From: Ptychomitrium polyphyllum
Lineage: Eukaryota
DNA length: 64,000 nucleotides
Assembly (NCBI GenBank): GCA_973851085.1
Contig: OZ316775.1
Location: forward strand, 8,122,001-8,186,000
Direction of reading: 5' to 3'
Below, in pieces: positions 10,317 to 23,933 of this stretch; position 1 is the first letter of the stretch; every line of letters begins with the position of its first letter. Below the pieces are notes generated by a model. It was given only the letters and a program-made list of their open reading frames with translations. It did not search any database and had not been told where the DNA came from. Made by a program: the position numbers and the translations under genes.

Positions 10317-13300
10317 ATGGCAGAGTATTGTCGAGCTTATTCAGCGTGGTTGTGGATTATTATTTTCCGCGCTGGGCTATTTGTGCATTTTGCTGATCCA
10401 TTACCGTCAGGTGAACAGAGAATAGCACTATGCTTGTGTTTTCTCATTGCCGTACACTATCCCTGTGCCTTAGCCTTGCTCTAATATTATACGTGTTTTT
10501 GCGTTCTTACGTTGTTGATGAGTTAGTGCTTAAGCTCTTAAGCGCAAGGTGTTGATTGATAATGCGTCGTGTTTCAAGCGTGTTATTCTCTCGCATATCT
10601 TCAATGACAAGCATGTGTTCTATTCGTGCTCAAGTGCAGATTGTCCCTTAGACTTCAGCGAACTGGATTTTACCTCCACCGTGGCTGCGTGTGCGAATAT
10701 TAGCTATGGCAGCTGCTGTGATCACTCGAAGGCACTTGTTGCAGTGGCTATGTCGCAATATACACGAAATACCAGCAACTTACAGCTTCCTTTTGACCTC
10801 ATTCAGCCTTGTATGCTCTTCATTAACGCCACTTTTCAGGACAACGATATTCAATTGCCCGTGGCAACTTGGTGTGCTCTCAATGCGAGTGTCCTCGTAG
10901 ATTCGCCCTGCCAGGAAATAATGGATGTCAACTGGATTCATAATTCATCCGATTTCTTACAGGTACAAGTTACTTGTGGCCCGACTGCTAGCCCGCTTCA
11001 GACTAAATTGGCCGACTCTGCGTCATGTCGAAGTTGCTTGGATTCACAAGCGAAATTTCTTGGCAATCTCACGCATAATGACAGTACTTCGGAATCATGG
11101 CGCTCATGCGCGGATACTATATTCCTATCTGTTGCAAGCCTTGAGAACTCGGACTATGCCATGGATCAAGCCAATTGCTTCTTCCAACTTGAAGCGCCTA
11201 ATGAGACGTTACTGCCTCAATCTAGTAAGCTATCTGCCTTCCATTAGCTCGTCCTCTTATTTTAGGGATAGAATGATGGCTTGATCAACGATATGTACTT
11301 GTGCACGGTGCAAAATTATGAGTCTCTGTTTCCCATATTTTTTCGTGGCCAATGTGTCTCAGAATGTCCAGTGACGCTCCAGCCAAGCCAGATTACTTCC
11401 ATAGCCGAGTCTTGCAGTAATGTTACTAGTGGGAATGGGTACAACTGCTGCGCTTCATCACTCCTGGAGCTCCGCATCTCACTTACAGAAGCACCTCCGA
11501 TGTCCACAGCTTTCTCTATATCTAAGAAGGAAGGTGCTGCCTGCTTAAATGACTTGGACTCCGCTTTGCTCACTCATGATATGACCACAAATCTTCAGAC
11601 ATGCAACATAACACCCGCTGACATTTTTCATACCTCCACGCATGGTTGTTATGGAGTGTCTACGTTGGAAAAGATGCACCAAGTATTGCATGAGCAGTCG
11701 GTAGACTTCCATCTCATCCAAGAGTCTTGCACTGAGGCATTGACATTATGTGAGCGTTGCCGTCAAGCAGTGCTGGATGCTTCTTATGTTTTGGCGTCCA
11801 TAAGAGGCTCTTGGATAAAAGCCGATGTGCTTCAATGCTGCAGTGACCTGGTTTTTCTTGCTCTTGTCAGCAACTCCACTTATGCAACAGCCTCTGAAAT
11901 TGGCTCCTGCTTGTACATTTCCCCTGGTATGTGTCTGCCCTAAGCTTGAAGCAATTTATCTGTGAACTCTACACACATTTTATCTTTTATGATAACAAGA
12001 TTTCAAGCAGGATAGCAGGAGTATACGGATGGATAATCATTTTTGTCATCCTCCCTGGTGAATAGATTCCCCATCCTAGTCAGAATATAAGGCTAACAAT
12101 TGGCCCAGAATAGTGTTGTGCGTCTGTGCATGGTGCCTGTTTTTGAGAAGGTAGCAAAATTTCAAGGTTAATTTCGGTACTCGCCCGTTTTTTTCCCGCT
12201 TTGTCTCACTGATGTCCCGTAAACATGTGCTGTGAAGATGTTCCTGTGCCACCAGACATTCCGGCAACTATGCCTTCGGTATCTCTAGATCCAGTACGAA
12301 GTAGCCATCCGGATAACGACAAGGTTACTTCAAGAGTATTGACTCGGTCGATCATTGTGCTGGCAATATGTATTGTACTTACAAGCCTGGCGCTGCTCTT
12401 GCTGACAACGCTGGCTATCATTGTTTTTCGAAAAGGGAAAGTTCTCTACTCATCAGACGAGATGCCATTGACTGGCAGCAAATTGAAGAAAATGAAGAGT
12501 TTCAATTGTCGAAAAGGTGAGATCCAATGTGCACTATCGTAAAGTATGGTATCTAGAACACACGGGAACAATGCTTCATTTGTTTCAGAATCACATATGC
12601 ATACTGCCGGCTCTGCTGTGCCTAATCCATGTACACAGTCTGATTTCCTCAATGTGTGGGCTTCAACTCTCCAGATTGTGCATCTCTCTTCAGACACTTC
12701 AAGTTCGTAGAGATCCAGCGAGCCACGGATAATTTCAGCTCAATCATAGGACAGGGTGGATTTGGAACCGTGTACAAGGCAAGATTCCAGGATGGCCTTG
12801 TGGCTGCCGTGAAGCGCATGAACAAGGGCACATCACAAGGGGAGAAGGAATTCTGCAAAGAACTGGAACTCCTCGGGCGTTTGCATCACCGGCATCTTGT
12901 TACTCTGCGTGGCTATTGTACTGATCGCTGCCACGAAAGGTACTTCTCCATTATGGGAATCAACCTCACCTAATTTCTTTCACGTTGTAATCAATCCAAG
13001 TAGCTTTACCTTTACAAGAAGAGAGATAGTCTAGTCTATGGAGAACATTCTGTAGTGATTTGTTATTGCAGCAATCTGATCAAGCGCCATTATCTTAAAT
13101 GAATGTTTAATGGCAGTCTGGCTGAACATAGTTTCTGTTTCTCCAAAGGAGCATACGATCTGGCTGAACTCTGTTTCTTTTGGGTGCAGGCTTTTGGTTT
13201 ACGAATACTGTGAGAACGGGAGTTTGAAGGAACATTTACATGGTGCCCGCCTATAACCGTATGTTAGAGACGATGGGATCTATGTTGCTCGTCTAGAAAC

Positions 13301-15019
13301 GTCTTCACTCGTGAAATCACTCTCTGAAATATTTTTTGGCCAATTAAATCATCATGACTGTATCCCTGCAAATCAAGGGTCGACTGTATGTACAATACTT
13401 TTATATAACAAGCTGCGTCTGCGATTTGACAGGCTTAGAGAAACCAGGAGCTCTTACGTGGCGAAGGCGGCTACAGATTGCCTTGGATGTTGCAACTGGC
13501 CTGGTACATATGTGGGAACATAATTAGGCGCTGCGTCATGTTTCATTTTTTAAAGATCAATTATTTAACTGATCACTTCAATATTTTGGAAGTCAACATC
13601 GTCCCAGTAGTTTGTCATAGCGGTTTGTTGACACCTTCTTTGCTAATTGTTGCTGACCTTGTCTCGGCCTAAATTCGCTAGGTATGTAGATTCACTCGTT
13701 GAAATATCTTTTGAATATATGTTATCTGCTGCGTCTCTATCCGTAAACTTGGCAGAGTAGTCGCTCATACCTACCAGCAAATATATGAAATATGTTGCCT
13801 GGACTATTACAGGACTATCTGCATTCATATTGTGAGCCGCCCTTGTGTCACCGTGACATAAAGTCTAGCAATATCTTGCTCAGCAAAAAATTCACTGCGA
13901 AGGTACGTATCTCATCCACTTTAGACGATTCCCTGCTACTATATTGGAATTGGACATTGTTGCAGCAGTGATATCTTAGTGCTCTGGCTTGCTTGTAAGG
14001 TTCCACTAGACTTCCACGGGCCTGTATTAGTTTTTAGTTTACTGAAGAGCACTAGCTGGTTGGATTATGACTTGCAGATAGCTGACTTCGGATTAGCTCA
14101 TGCGGGAAATAATGGAGATGCAAAATTTGAGCCAGTAACCACAGAGGTCCATGGCACCCGAGGTGACTGTCAATCTGTTGACTTCGTCGTTTTGAATGTT
14201 TTCAGAGCTAATGCTCACGTCCACGTCCCCGCTGTGTATGTGGAGGCTAGGTTATTGGCGCTTTCCCACAGATTAATTCTCTGGACCTCATGTTCAGAGA
14301 GTCTCTTTTGCAGAAGAACATTCTTCATGCTCTACATGCTCTAAATCAAACTTCAGCTCGTTAAATATGGTTGTGTCTGCATGTAACCAGGTTACATGGA
14401 CCCTGAGTACGCACGGACGCAGGAATTGACAGAGAAGAGCGATGTGTACAGCTTTGGTGTGCTCTTGTTGGAGCTCGTCACTGCTCGGCGTGCCATCAAT
14501 GATAACATAAGCCTATTGGACTGGGCTCAGAAATACATGGACAACTTGGAATCGAAATTTACCTTTTTTGTTGACTCGGACTTGGAAAGTCATGAATACA
14601 GTTTGGGTGAGCTAAAGTCATTGATCTCCATCATCAAGCAATGCACACAGGTATACAATATTGTAAAAGCTCATTTCTATCTTGTTCACGGACAAAAACA
14701 TTGTTAAAATTATTTGATACTGCAAAAGACTTAGCAAAGTGACATAATGCAACTCTCGTTCGCTTTGTAAATCAAGTTACGTTATTGGTGTCGGGAAAAC
14801 ATGGTCGGTAGTTTACAGAAGTATCGTAACCTGCGTGTGCAGACTAATGGGAAATTGCGGCCAACAATGCGACAGATTGCAAGGCTCTTGTATGATATTC
14901 GTCCTACATTGGGTTCTTCATCACGAGGCTCGCAATCGAGCAGCGCTCATAATTTCATCTCACTAGGTAGTGTTGGCAACGATCCCAACTGCTCTCAGGA
15001 ACTTGAGTTTTCAGATTAA
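10317..15019 (+). CDS. Receptor-like kinase with two tandem Cys-rich SPARK-like ectodomains (At1g49730-like kinase)
   Basis: Exons 10317-10410 (signal-peptide-like), 10640-11224 (CPLDF...CC...C domain 1), 11363-11926 (CPVTL...CC...C domain 2), 12238-12516 ([32 protein letters not shown]), 12675-12939, 13190-13242, 13433-13503, 13813-13902, 14078-14162, 14391-14650, 14843-15019; all in frame. Kinase motifs [35 protein letters not shown] and GTRGYMDPEY. Confidence 0.9.
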
Positions 15020-15473
15020 AGGCTTCAGAACATTGAAGGCCAATCCCTCAACTTCCCATCAAGGGTGGCTCATATCTCATAAATTCTCCAATTTCGTGAC
15101 CAAGACTGAGTTTTGACACCGAACCACTACGTCTATAAACTTTGTTACATTAGGTTGGCCTCACATATTCAATCAGGTTTCAAAAGAACCCTTTTATTAA
15201 CTATTTCCCGCAACTTTAAATTGAAAGGGTGATCTTTCCACATCCACTCATTTGAATAAAGGTTGGAACTTGCCAAAATTGAAGGTGCCAACACTCTTCC
15301 GCTAATCAGCGTTCCGGTCCTATTGTGTGACATGATCTGGGAAGATAAAAAGTACAACATATCACGGTAGAGATCATAATATTGTCTAATTAAAACGAGT
15401 ATATTCATTCAATAACGCGTGTCTTCCTTCACTTGGGATCGTCCGCGACCCCTAAAATCAGACTCAAAATATT

Positions 15474-18400
15474 TCACTTTTCTGTGAACCGAGTTGAATA
15501 CTCCGCGACCAACTTTGAGAACAAAGAAGACTGGTCTTGCAGCAGTACCGTAGGACTGTTGTGCTCCACAACTCGGCCTGTCATCCCAACGTCAACCACA
15601 GCATTGTCCCAGAGGTACAGCCAGTACAACCACCCAATCCGGTTAAGTCGCCCAGAATACAACGTAAACCACACACCTACATCCCAGCAGGAGGGCGAAC
15701 CCAACCTACCGTTATCCAGCACCAAAACCTTGTCACTGTCGACGACGGTCGGAATACGGTGTGCCACAGTGATGACAGTGCATGCACTGAATTCTGAGCG
15801 CAAGGTTTGTTGAACCAGTACGTTAGTAGCACTGTCCACCGAGGCCGTCGCCTCATCCAGCACAAGAATGCGGGTTTGCTTCAGCAACGCTCGCCCTAGG
15901 CACACAAGCTGCCTTTGCCCCACGCTCCAGGTCTCACCATTCTGGCTCACAGCATTCATCGTCCAGTACGATTTCAGTTACTTCCTGAGTCCCTACACAT
16001 CACTCAACCTCGGAATCATGGTCAAAAGCTCCACAGTTCTCAAGTAAGAAGGTTCGTTCCAAATTCCACAAATTCCGAGGTGTTACGCTTCGGATGATGC
16101 TCCGCGAAACCGGGCTTTTGGCATTTGATCAAAGAAAAGGCTCTTTGCGGACGGCACCTACCAACTACACAGCTTCTAAATCAAATCAAACGACACTGCG
16201 CCTGGATGAAGGACCCGAAGCTTCGAGTCCTCATTCCCTGGATCGAACAATATCCCCAAGCTGGCACTTATCCAATGCCTGTAACAACACAAAGTAGTAG
16301 CGTCACGGAGATTCATATTGGATTCAGACCCTGCCTCATGCCATGGATTCTCGAAAAAATTGTCAGATCATCGATTATAGAATGTTCAACTCAGAACAGC
16401 TCACGTACCTCCCAGATCTCTGCGTCCGAATACTTTTCAAGAGGGTCCAGGTTGATGCGCAATGCTGGCCTCAAAAAGAGTCGGTTCCTGAGGTATGATG
16501 CTCAGAATCGACCGCAAATCGTGCAATCCTGCCCACCACCATTATCAGACCCTCGGTTCCGGATCCACGGCCAACTTCAAGCAACGTCTCTACCAGCTCA
16601 CGTAACAGTTCGGCTAGGATGAAACTGTATAATGAGGCGAACTCGCATAAATAAGCACTCTAACAACCGAACCTTCAAATGTGTTCACAAAACAACTCTA
16701 GTGCTACTTGTCCTCGATTTACCTACTGTTGAAATGTCCAGTTTATCGATCTCGATCCTGCCACCTACGGGCTCCACCACTCTGAACAGGGCTTGGATTA
16801 ACGTCGACTTTCCGCTGCCGGTCCGGCCCACGATACCCACCTTCGCTCCACTATTGAAAGAGCAGCTCAAGCCATGCAACACCAGTGGTGAGTGCGCGTT
16901 GTAGCGTACCTGAGCTCTCCTGTACAACTGACGGACGTTAGAGCCTCGAACATGTAGAACTCTGCCAAAACAGTCCGATGATATTCATTACTTGGTCTGG
17001 GGTGCTGATTACACAAGTACCTGCAAATCTTGAATTTCAATGGCGCCTTGCGATGGCCAGTTTCGTGCCGGCGAGCATTTTCGATGACCAGGAGGGGTTC
17101 AGTGGGCAATGTGCAATATTGCAGGATTCGCTCCACAGCAACCGTAGTAGTCTCAAGTGAACTCGCAACCCAAATAAGCCTTGCCAACGTACTGCTGAGG
17201 TTTAACTCATACAGGATTGCTACTCCAGCCAAACCTACCATAAGAAATCATTTTCAGCTGCCTCTTAAACTAACCATCTTGGTATGCATTTACTGAAAAA
17301 CATAGATGTTCATAACGTAAAGCATGACCATTACGTAGTTGGCACTTACAGTGATTACCTGCTAACAGTTCACTGTAACAACACAAATCAGGAGAAAATT
17401 GGCAGTTTTTAGAAGCGTACTCGGACTGATTGACATCTGTGGGATGCCGATCACAAACAACAGAGAAACCACAAAGGCGAGTACTGACGTCAACTCCATG
17501 CGCAGAACAAGCCACTCTCATGCGGCTGTCTTATGAAAGTATGCCCTCGCAAAGTCGTCCAAATGGTCCAAGTTTATTGCCATGAACCGTTCCTCCTGAA
17601 TGGAAGCCACGGATAGTTGTGGCACCGGAAATGGACTCACTTTAGTGATTGATAATTGGTGACTTTTGGATACTGGTAAGCCGGGCGAGCTCTCTTGCTG
17701 AAGCGATGTAATATCTCTGCATAACATATTAGTTTGGACCTGAAGTAAGAAGCTAGAGCACACTCAAATCACGTTCCAATCAAGCCTTTGACTTCTCGCT
17801 CAGCAGTAATTGTGAACTGGCCAATATTACGTGATCAATTCTGAGTTTTAGTACGGTTTCATGTCAGCCTCATACACTCAAATTCGAACAAAGGGAACAA
17901 AATTGTGGGCTATTTTTAACTTACAGAAGTCAGCTGTGGTATCAACTGGTATTTATATCAAGGACTGGTTGCCTATACCACATTCCTCAAATATTTTTAT
18001 AACTAAATCTGGTTTCTTAATATCAGTATGCATATGATGGTTGGCTTCATTGCATTAATGAAAGTTAAGGACTAACTTGGAGGAGAATGCAGATCGCAGC
18101 GATGTGCACCACCAGCAACAAGACTTGCTATGCGACTGTTGATATGAAAGAAAACATTCCCAAGAGCTGCAGAAATGCATTCACAAACCGGCTCATCACT
18201 AACTGAATCTCCAGGGCCACTGTGCTTTGGTATATTGACATTTAATCCACATCGCATTGGAGGTCATTGTCAGAACCAACAGAAAGTCTTTAATGGACTT
18301 AACGCACATGTTTTGCACCAAAGCAACAACCAAAAGAAGTGATCTAAGGTAGATGTACACCTATGTTCTCAAAATATAAGACCTTCAACCTCAGTACAAT

Positions 18401-18900
18401 ATTAGATGGTTCCTCGAATCATACTTTCGCACAGAATATCCACCTATGTACTTTGATTCTAGATAGAATAGAAGGCTGAAGAAGATAGAGGTATACATAC
18501 ACGACTTATTTTGCGGCCCGAGGGGGTGGAGTCAAAGAACGACATTGGAGCTCGGAATAATGATCGCAACAACCTTAAAAAGTACTTCTGAGTGGTCTTG
18601 AGTCCAATAATTGAAATCGTTATTGATCGCAACAGCATACAAATGGTCGAGGAAAAAGCCAGCAAAATGTACACAAAGAGAAACATTCTAGTCGATACTT
18701 GTGTTGAGCCACCTTCTGAAGGGGACGTGCCCCATGCCATCCAGTAGCTGCTCAGAATTTGTAAAACCTGAAAACCGATCTGTGAAAGAAGATACAATGG
18801 AACGAAGTTGCTCCCCGCTACAGCAGTTGCATATGCCCAATAGACCTTGTAACTGATTTGCCCTACCTCCCTTTATTCTTTCTTGACAAGCTGCTGCAAT
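15474..18900 (-). pseudogene. ABCC/MRP transporter pseudogene, C-terminal half only (TMD2 + NBD2), introns retained
   Basis: Motifs [54 protein letters not shown] and TVAHRIPTV. Stops at 18873-18875 (QLVKKE*RE), 18128-18130 (VA*QV), 17518-17520 (AA*EW) and 16231-16233. Frameshifts near 17070 (before NWPSQG) and 16460 (before NLDPL). Expected splice acceptor reads AA instead of AG at 18242-18243. Confidence 0.9.
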
Positions 18901-20623
18901 TGTACTATCTCTTCCAATTCTACTATTGCCTCATGAACAGTGCAAGTGGCATCATTGTTTTGCCCGTTGCTGGTTTCTGCCTCTGTCTTCTCAAGATAAC
19001 CTCCGCCGTGTCGTCCCATTGATGTTCAAAATATGAGGAAAAGCTCAGAAGTCAATGGTAAATTTAGCCCAATGGAAAATTAGATTTTAAAGGGTAACTA
19101 CTTGTAGCAAAAGCCCAAACTATCAAATTGTAACCAGAAATTCAAGAGGTGCAAACAATACAGACTGGGAAAGAATTACCACAATACGGTCCGCAGTAGG
19201 TAAGGACTCCATCTTGTGAGTAACATAGACAACAGTCTTTGATGCAAGCATCCCATTATACATTCCTGTTCGTTACCAAAGTCAAAAACATTATATCGGT
19301 AAAGTCCAAAGCGTTTAAGAACATAATTCTCGTGCAAAAGAAGCAATAGAAGCAATCGAAGAATGTAGAAGCCTCATTTCTCATGCTCAAAAGAGAAAGG
19401 TTGAAGTGAAGTTCAAGACCACAACAGAAGGAAAGCAAAAACTTGCTCATAAAATATATGCTCATCTTGGGTCATTGAAGACCTATATCAAGAAACGTAC
19501 ACACCACTTTTAACTCGAAGAAGTATGGAAAACATAGAAGTTACTCAAGGCAACCTAACCTGGTTTAAGATCGATGATAGAACTAAGATACTTACGTTCA
19601 GAAGGTGAGAGCCAGTGTGGGCATCAACAGCACTAAATGGGTCATCCAGGAGGTACATCTGCCTCTTGGTACAAAGCCCGCGCTAGCTGAACTCGTCGCT
19701 TCTGGAAAACCAGGCTCCTCTCCTAACTACGATCAATCTGGTTCACCCACTAGCATACCAGCATTAGATTTGAGAATCGTTCATCTCATTAAAAATTTTG
19801 ACCAAATTTTATTGAGATGAGTCAAATTGTTTTTATAAGTTTTAGCCAAATTTCAAAATGAAATTGTTGGAAATGTTGTAGATAGATAGATTTGAATAGG
19901 TAGCTACCAAGAATGACGTAGAAATTTACCACACTAAGAAGCTCCTTAGTAATATTTCTAGTTAGGTGTCAGGTACCCTACACAGGTGCTTCAAGATGAG
20001 CAAAGGCTCCATAGTTCAAAAAGAGGGTTGGTAGGGTCCCTCGCCCATTTGTAGGATAATCACACTAACTCATCCTTGAAGTCTGGACATATTTTAACCT
20101 AGAGGAAGCCGTTGTAGCAGTCACATTCCAACATCAAGCTAATTCTCTACAGTCAAGAAACGGGTGAAATGTGGAATTGTAGACGAGGCTAGAAATTGGT
20201 TACAGTTGTCACCAGCTAGATGCCTCCCACATTCTAAACCACGCGATTCGTGACAAGTGGAGTCAAGACTTCAGCCATGTGAGCTTACGGAACGAAGTTG
20301 ACTTCCTGTTTGGAATTTTGGGATTCTCACTAAAGGCCGTCCAAAGCATAAGACTAAGTACAATCCTAAGAAAAGCTGGCATACTGCAGCTTGTCCTACC
20401 TCGATCTTCGGCTTAATAATTGTTGTAGACAACATCGTCAAGGATGAATTAGTGTAATTACGGTAATGGCAATTATTACTGTTAGCACTATTGCTATTAA
20501 GGATTTAAAACCTTCGCAGCAGAAAGGAAACAGCTTTATCATTTTCAAGACTTCAACCCATGCAAACACAGCATCTGATTATACTTTCAAACCTGCGACG
20601 TTGTGAAAAATCATTAGATTCGG

Positions 20624-23243
20624 TCAGACATACTTTCCTCTATACTTCGCTCTAACCTCTGGTGGCAAATGGTTCGTGCCAACAGCTGCAGCTAGTAGAT
20701 TCTGAGCTTCCCCAACCAAAGCATCTGCAGGCCGAAATACAAGACTGTGCAAGCTCCCTCTCTCTTTGTTCTCTTCTAACAATTGCACATGATTTTCTTT
20801 AAAACCAATATGCTTCTGATGTGCAGCTTTTGCCATTTCTTTTGTGTACTTCGCCGTCTTTTCCATGGTTATCAAACACCGAGACCACCGTGTGCTTAGA
20901 ATTTGCTCACTATTGGCAATCAGGGTAAAACAAGGATGCTTAGGAAAATGGGACTCGGAGCAGTCTTCTCTCGCGGCAGGGAAGAAATAAACCAACCTAC
21001 CACCTATGACCAATAACCTAGCTGCCATGTCAAAAAGATCATGTACACATTCCACTAGAGTGTAAGGAGCAGTTGAAGGGATATGGTCTTTTTTCTTCTC
21101 TTCTGGGATCACGTAGGCATCTCGTTGCCCGTTAAGCATCTTTCGACCCCCAGATTTCCGGCCACCTGCCCGGACGCCATACGGTGGATCACAGATAAGC
21201 GCATCAAACATCTGGCATCAAATAGGTAATCATCATGTTAGAAAGACTAGAGTTTTAAGATGTGAGAGGGAGTAAAAGAAAACAGGCAAGAATACAGCGT
21301 CGAACTTAATTTAGATTGGATAGACCTAATCAGCACCCATCCGGAAATACCTCACTAACATCAGACCGCCAAGGAGGAGAGTTGTTGTCGGCACGAATAA
21401 GACCCAAAGGTTCTCCCAGGTTATACTGTACACAGAAACAGAAAACACCTGAGCTCAGCAGAAAAATGGAATCTGTGTCTATTCTCAAGGCATATATGTA
21501 CATCAGACAAATATTAAGTAAGAAAAGTGAACATTAGAATAATTACATGGTAACTCCTAAGAAACAAGCACCACTCTGTATCCATACCACATACACATCA
21601 CGAAAAGATATATAAGACAAAAATACTTTTTAAAATACTCTACTGCAGTTCAATTTGTGGAGGAAGCGCCGATACCTGTTTAAAATTGCTCCAAACATTG
21701 CAGTTCGGACCTCGTCCATCCCGAACTACTCGAATGTCAATATCTGCTCCCTGGTAGCACCACTTGAAATTTTAGTGATACAGAAATTAAAATCCTGTCA
21801 ACAATCCTTTGATGTTTCGATTACATAACAAGGAGTTGAGGAGATAAGCCACACAATCAAAAATTAGACAATGATTTCACTTGCACAATCAAACCGTTCA
21901 AACAACAGGCACTGCTAAATCCTCTACTAAAGATAGCTGAGAACGGTAGCTAAGAGAAATATTGATCAGTCATTTGCGTTGTACTGAAAAACCATACATA
22001 CGCGTCATGTTTTAAAAGGCAGAGCTAAGTGAAAATTTTAAAACTAAGTAAAGGGTGAACTTGCCATAGTCAATGCCCCATAGTGTGCAGCGGCCACAAG
22101 AATACTTCCGGTTCCCACAAATGGATCATACACAAGTTTCCCCGGTTTCACCAAGGCTTGATGAGCCATCAAAAGAGCAATTTCTGCATCCATAGCTGTG
22201 GGTCCTAGGTATTTTCGCCTACTTAACTCGTACTTTGTAATAACGGAGCGATCTGGAGATCCAATTTCACGTCCAAAAAACATGCGCTTAGCTGCTAGTG
22301 GGGGCAGGCCATTTTGCTGCACTTGATCGTCAATATCTATGAGCCAAAACTTATGTTGAGGCTTTTTCAGCTGCACTTGACCCTGTAAACCAATGGCAAT
22401 GAGAAACAAATCATATGAACTTTGAGATATCATGTATTCATGTGCTCGTGAATCTCTAAGTGGCTGTCTAAGATGCAACTTCTGTCGAAGCTTTCACGTC
22501 TTCTGAGAGCAATCAGGTTGAGACTTTTGTACCTTAAAAGGCACATAACCAACACTTTGAATGCGAGCAGTTTGTTCATTAAACGTCAGAACCTTGCCGA
22601 AACAGTCAATGACAATCTTGAACGTAGTACTCTCCGCTAAGTATGGCTCCTTCCGCTCTTCTGGATAATTGTTCACAGCCTCCTTCAGTTCCTCGGCAGA
22701 ACCTCCTTCTCCCCACACCTCATAAATTCCTTTCAGCAACAGGCCTGCAATACGATGACATAAACGAATGGATAAATTCCAGCCCGAGTGTTTAGTTCTT
22801 TGTCACACATAATCCCTACACCATTCAATGATTTCATTCTAGCATTTTCGATGAGTGTGACAACTTCGGTTTCTAAAACCCTAAACCCTAATCCTTGCAA
22901 CAAAACATATTCCGATTGCAAACATGCATTCTTGTGTCATCAAAATGGATAAAAGACATAAAGTAGAAAGAAACCTCAACTCGTCCCTAGGGTTCAACAA
23001 CATTTGCTGCAAGAAATACAGAAACGGAAGTTTACTCTGATTCGCAATTTTATATGCAATCTCCTCGTTGGGGAGATTCACATAATAGAAGGGAGAATCG
23101 GGATGGTGATCCGGAGCTTGTTTCCACTGCAGCCCTTGCCCCACCTTCTCCCCATCACAGTATCCATGCAATTTGGCCAGAGCCTCAATCTCCGGTAATC
23201 TATAATCCAGCAGCCTGTGCAAGAAATAGCACAAGTACCACAT
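20624..23243 (-). CDS. TRM11: tRNA (guanine(10)-N2)-methyltransferase TRM11/TRMT11 homolog
   Basis: Exons 23243-23036, 22744-22533, 22382-22065, 21750-21676, 21425-21351, 21211-20624. Motifs MWYLCYFLHRLLDYRLPE, YLGPTAMDAE, VYDPFVGTGSIL, GADID and DALICDPPYGVRAGGRK. Intron 3 uses a GC donor. Confidence 0.93.
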
Positions 23244-23301
23244 CTTCCCACCCCGCGGCACCACTCTCCTCTCCGTCAGTGTCTCCCCACAAACCCCCCA
23301 C

Positions 23302-23547
23302 AAACCCTAACCCTGAACCCAAAACCCCACAGTAAATGCTTCACCCCATTCGCCACAACCAACATCACCTCCTGCAAACCAAATCAGTCACTACCACCAC
23401 CCACAGACTCACTCAAAGCATCACTAACAAGAGTCCACAACATCCCATGCACGAAAGTCTTAGCAATTCACCTATCACTTGACACTAACCCTAAAAAAAA
23501 GAAATCGTCAATCCGTAGGGAAAGCCCTGCAGCTTGCTAAACCCTAG
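23302..23547. promoter_or_regulatory. Telo-box motifs (AAACCCTA) upstream of TRM11; a doublet also lies in intron 1 (22876-22891)
   Basis: AAACCCTAA at 23302-23310 and AAACCCTAG at 23539-23547. Telo-boxes are known near plant translation-machinery genes; function here is untested. Confidence 0.45.
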
Positions 23548-23819
23548 AGCGCCGCAAGCAACGTCACCTCCTAGCCACCAAACCAGTCACTCTCATACCA
23601 CCACCCAAGGTCGACTCATGATCTCGCCGACAAGAGTTTCCAACATTCCCTGCAGGACACTCAGAGCTGCCCTTCTCATCAATCACTTGACCCTAACCCT
23701 AGAAAAGAAACTGTCGAGCTGTGCAGAATCCTCTCAACTTCTACCCCTAATCCTGCGTTTCGACTTACAAACTCTGGCCCCGGGACACGGCTGCTGCAAG
23801 CTAGCACTGTGTAACGTCA

Positions 23820-23933
23820 GTGCCGTGTGTGCAGTGAGTGTGTGCAGTGAGTGTGTGCAGTATGTGCAGTGTGTGCAGTGCTTGCAGTGCTCGCAGTGTG
23901 TGTCCAGTGCGTCCAGTGCGTCCAGCGTGTGCA
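23820..23933. repeat. Short imperfect tandem repeat (GTGTGCAGT-like, 9-13 bp units)
   Basis: gtgtgcagtgagtgtgtgcagtgagtgtgtgcagtatgtgcagtgtgtgcagtgcttgcagtg... Confidence 0.8.

Noticed and set aside
2..19020. UND-kinase, SPARK RLK and ABCC as a functional defence gene cluster
   Set aside because: Only adjacency supports it; a housekeeping gene (LIP2) intervenes and the ABCC is a pseudogene.
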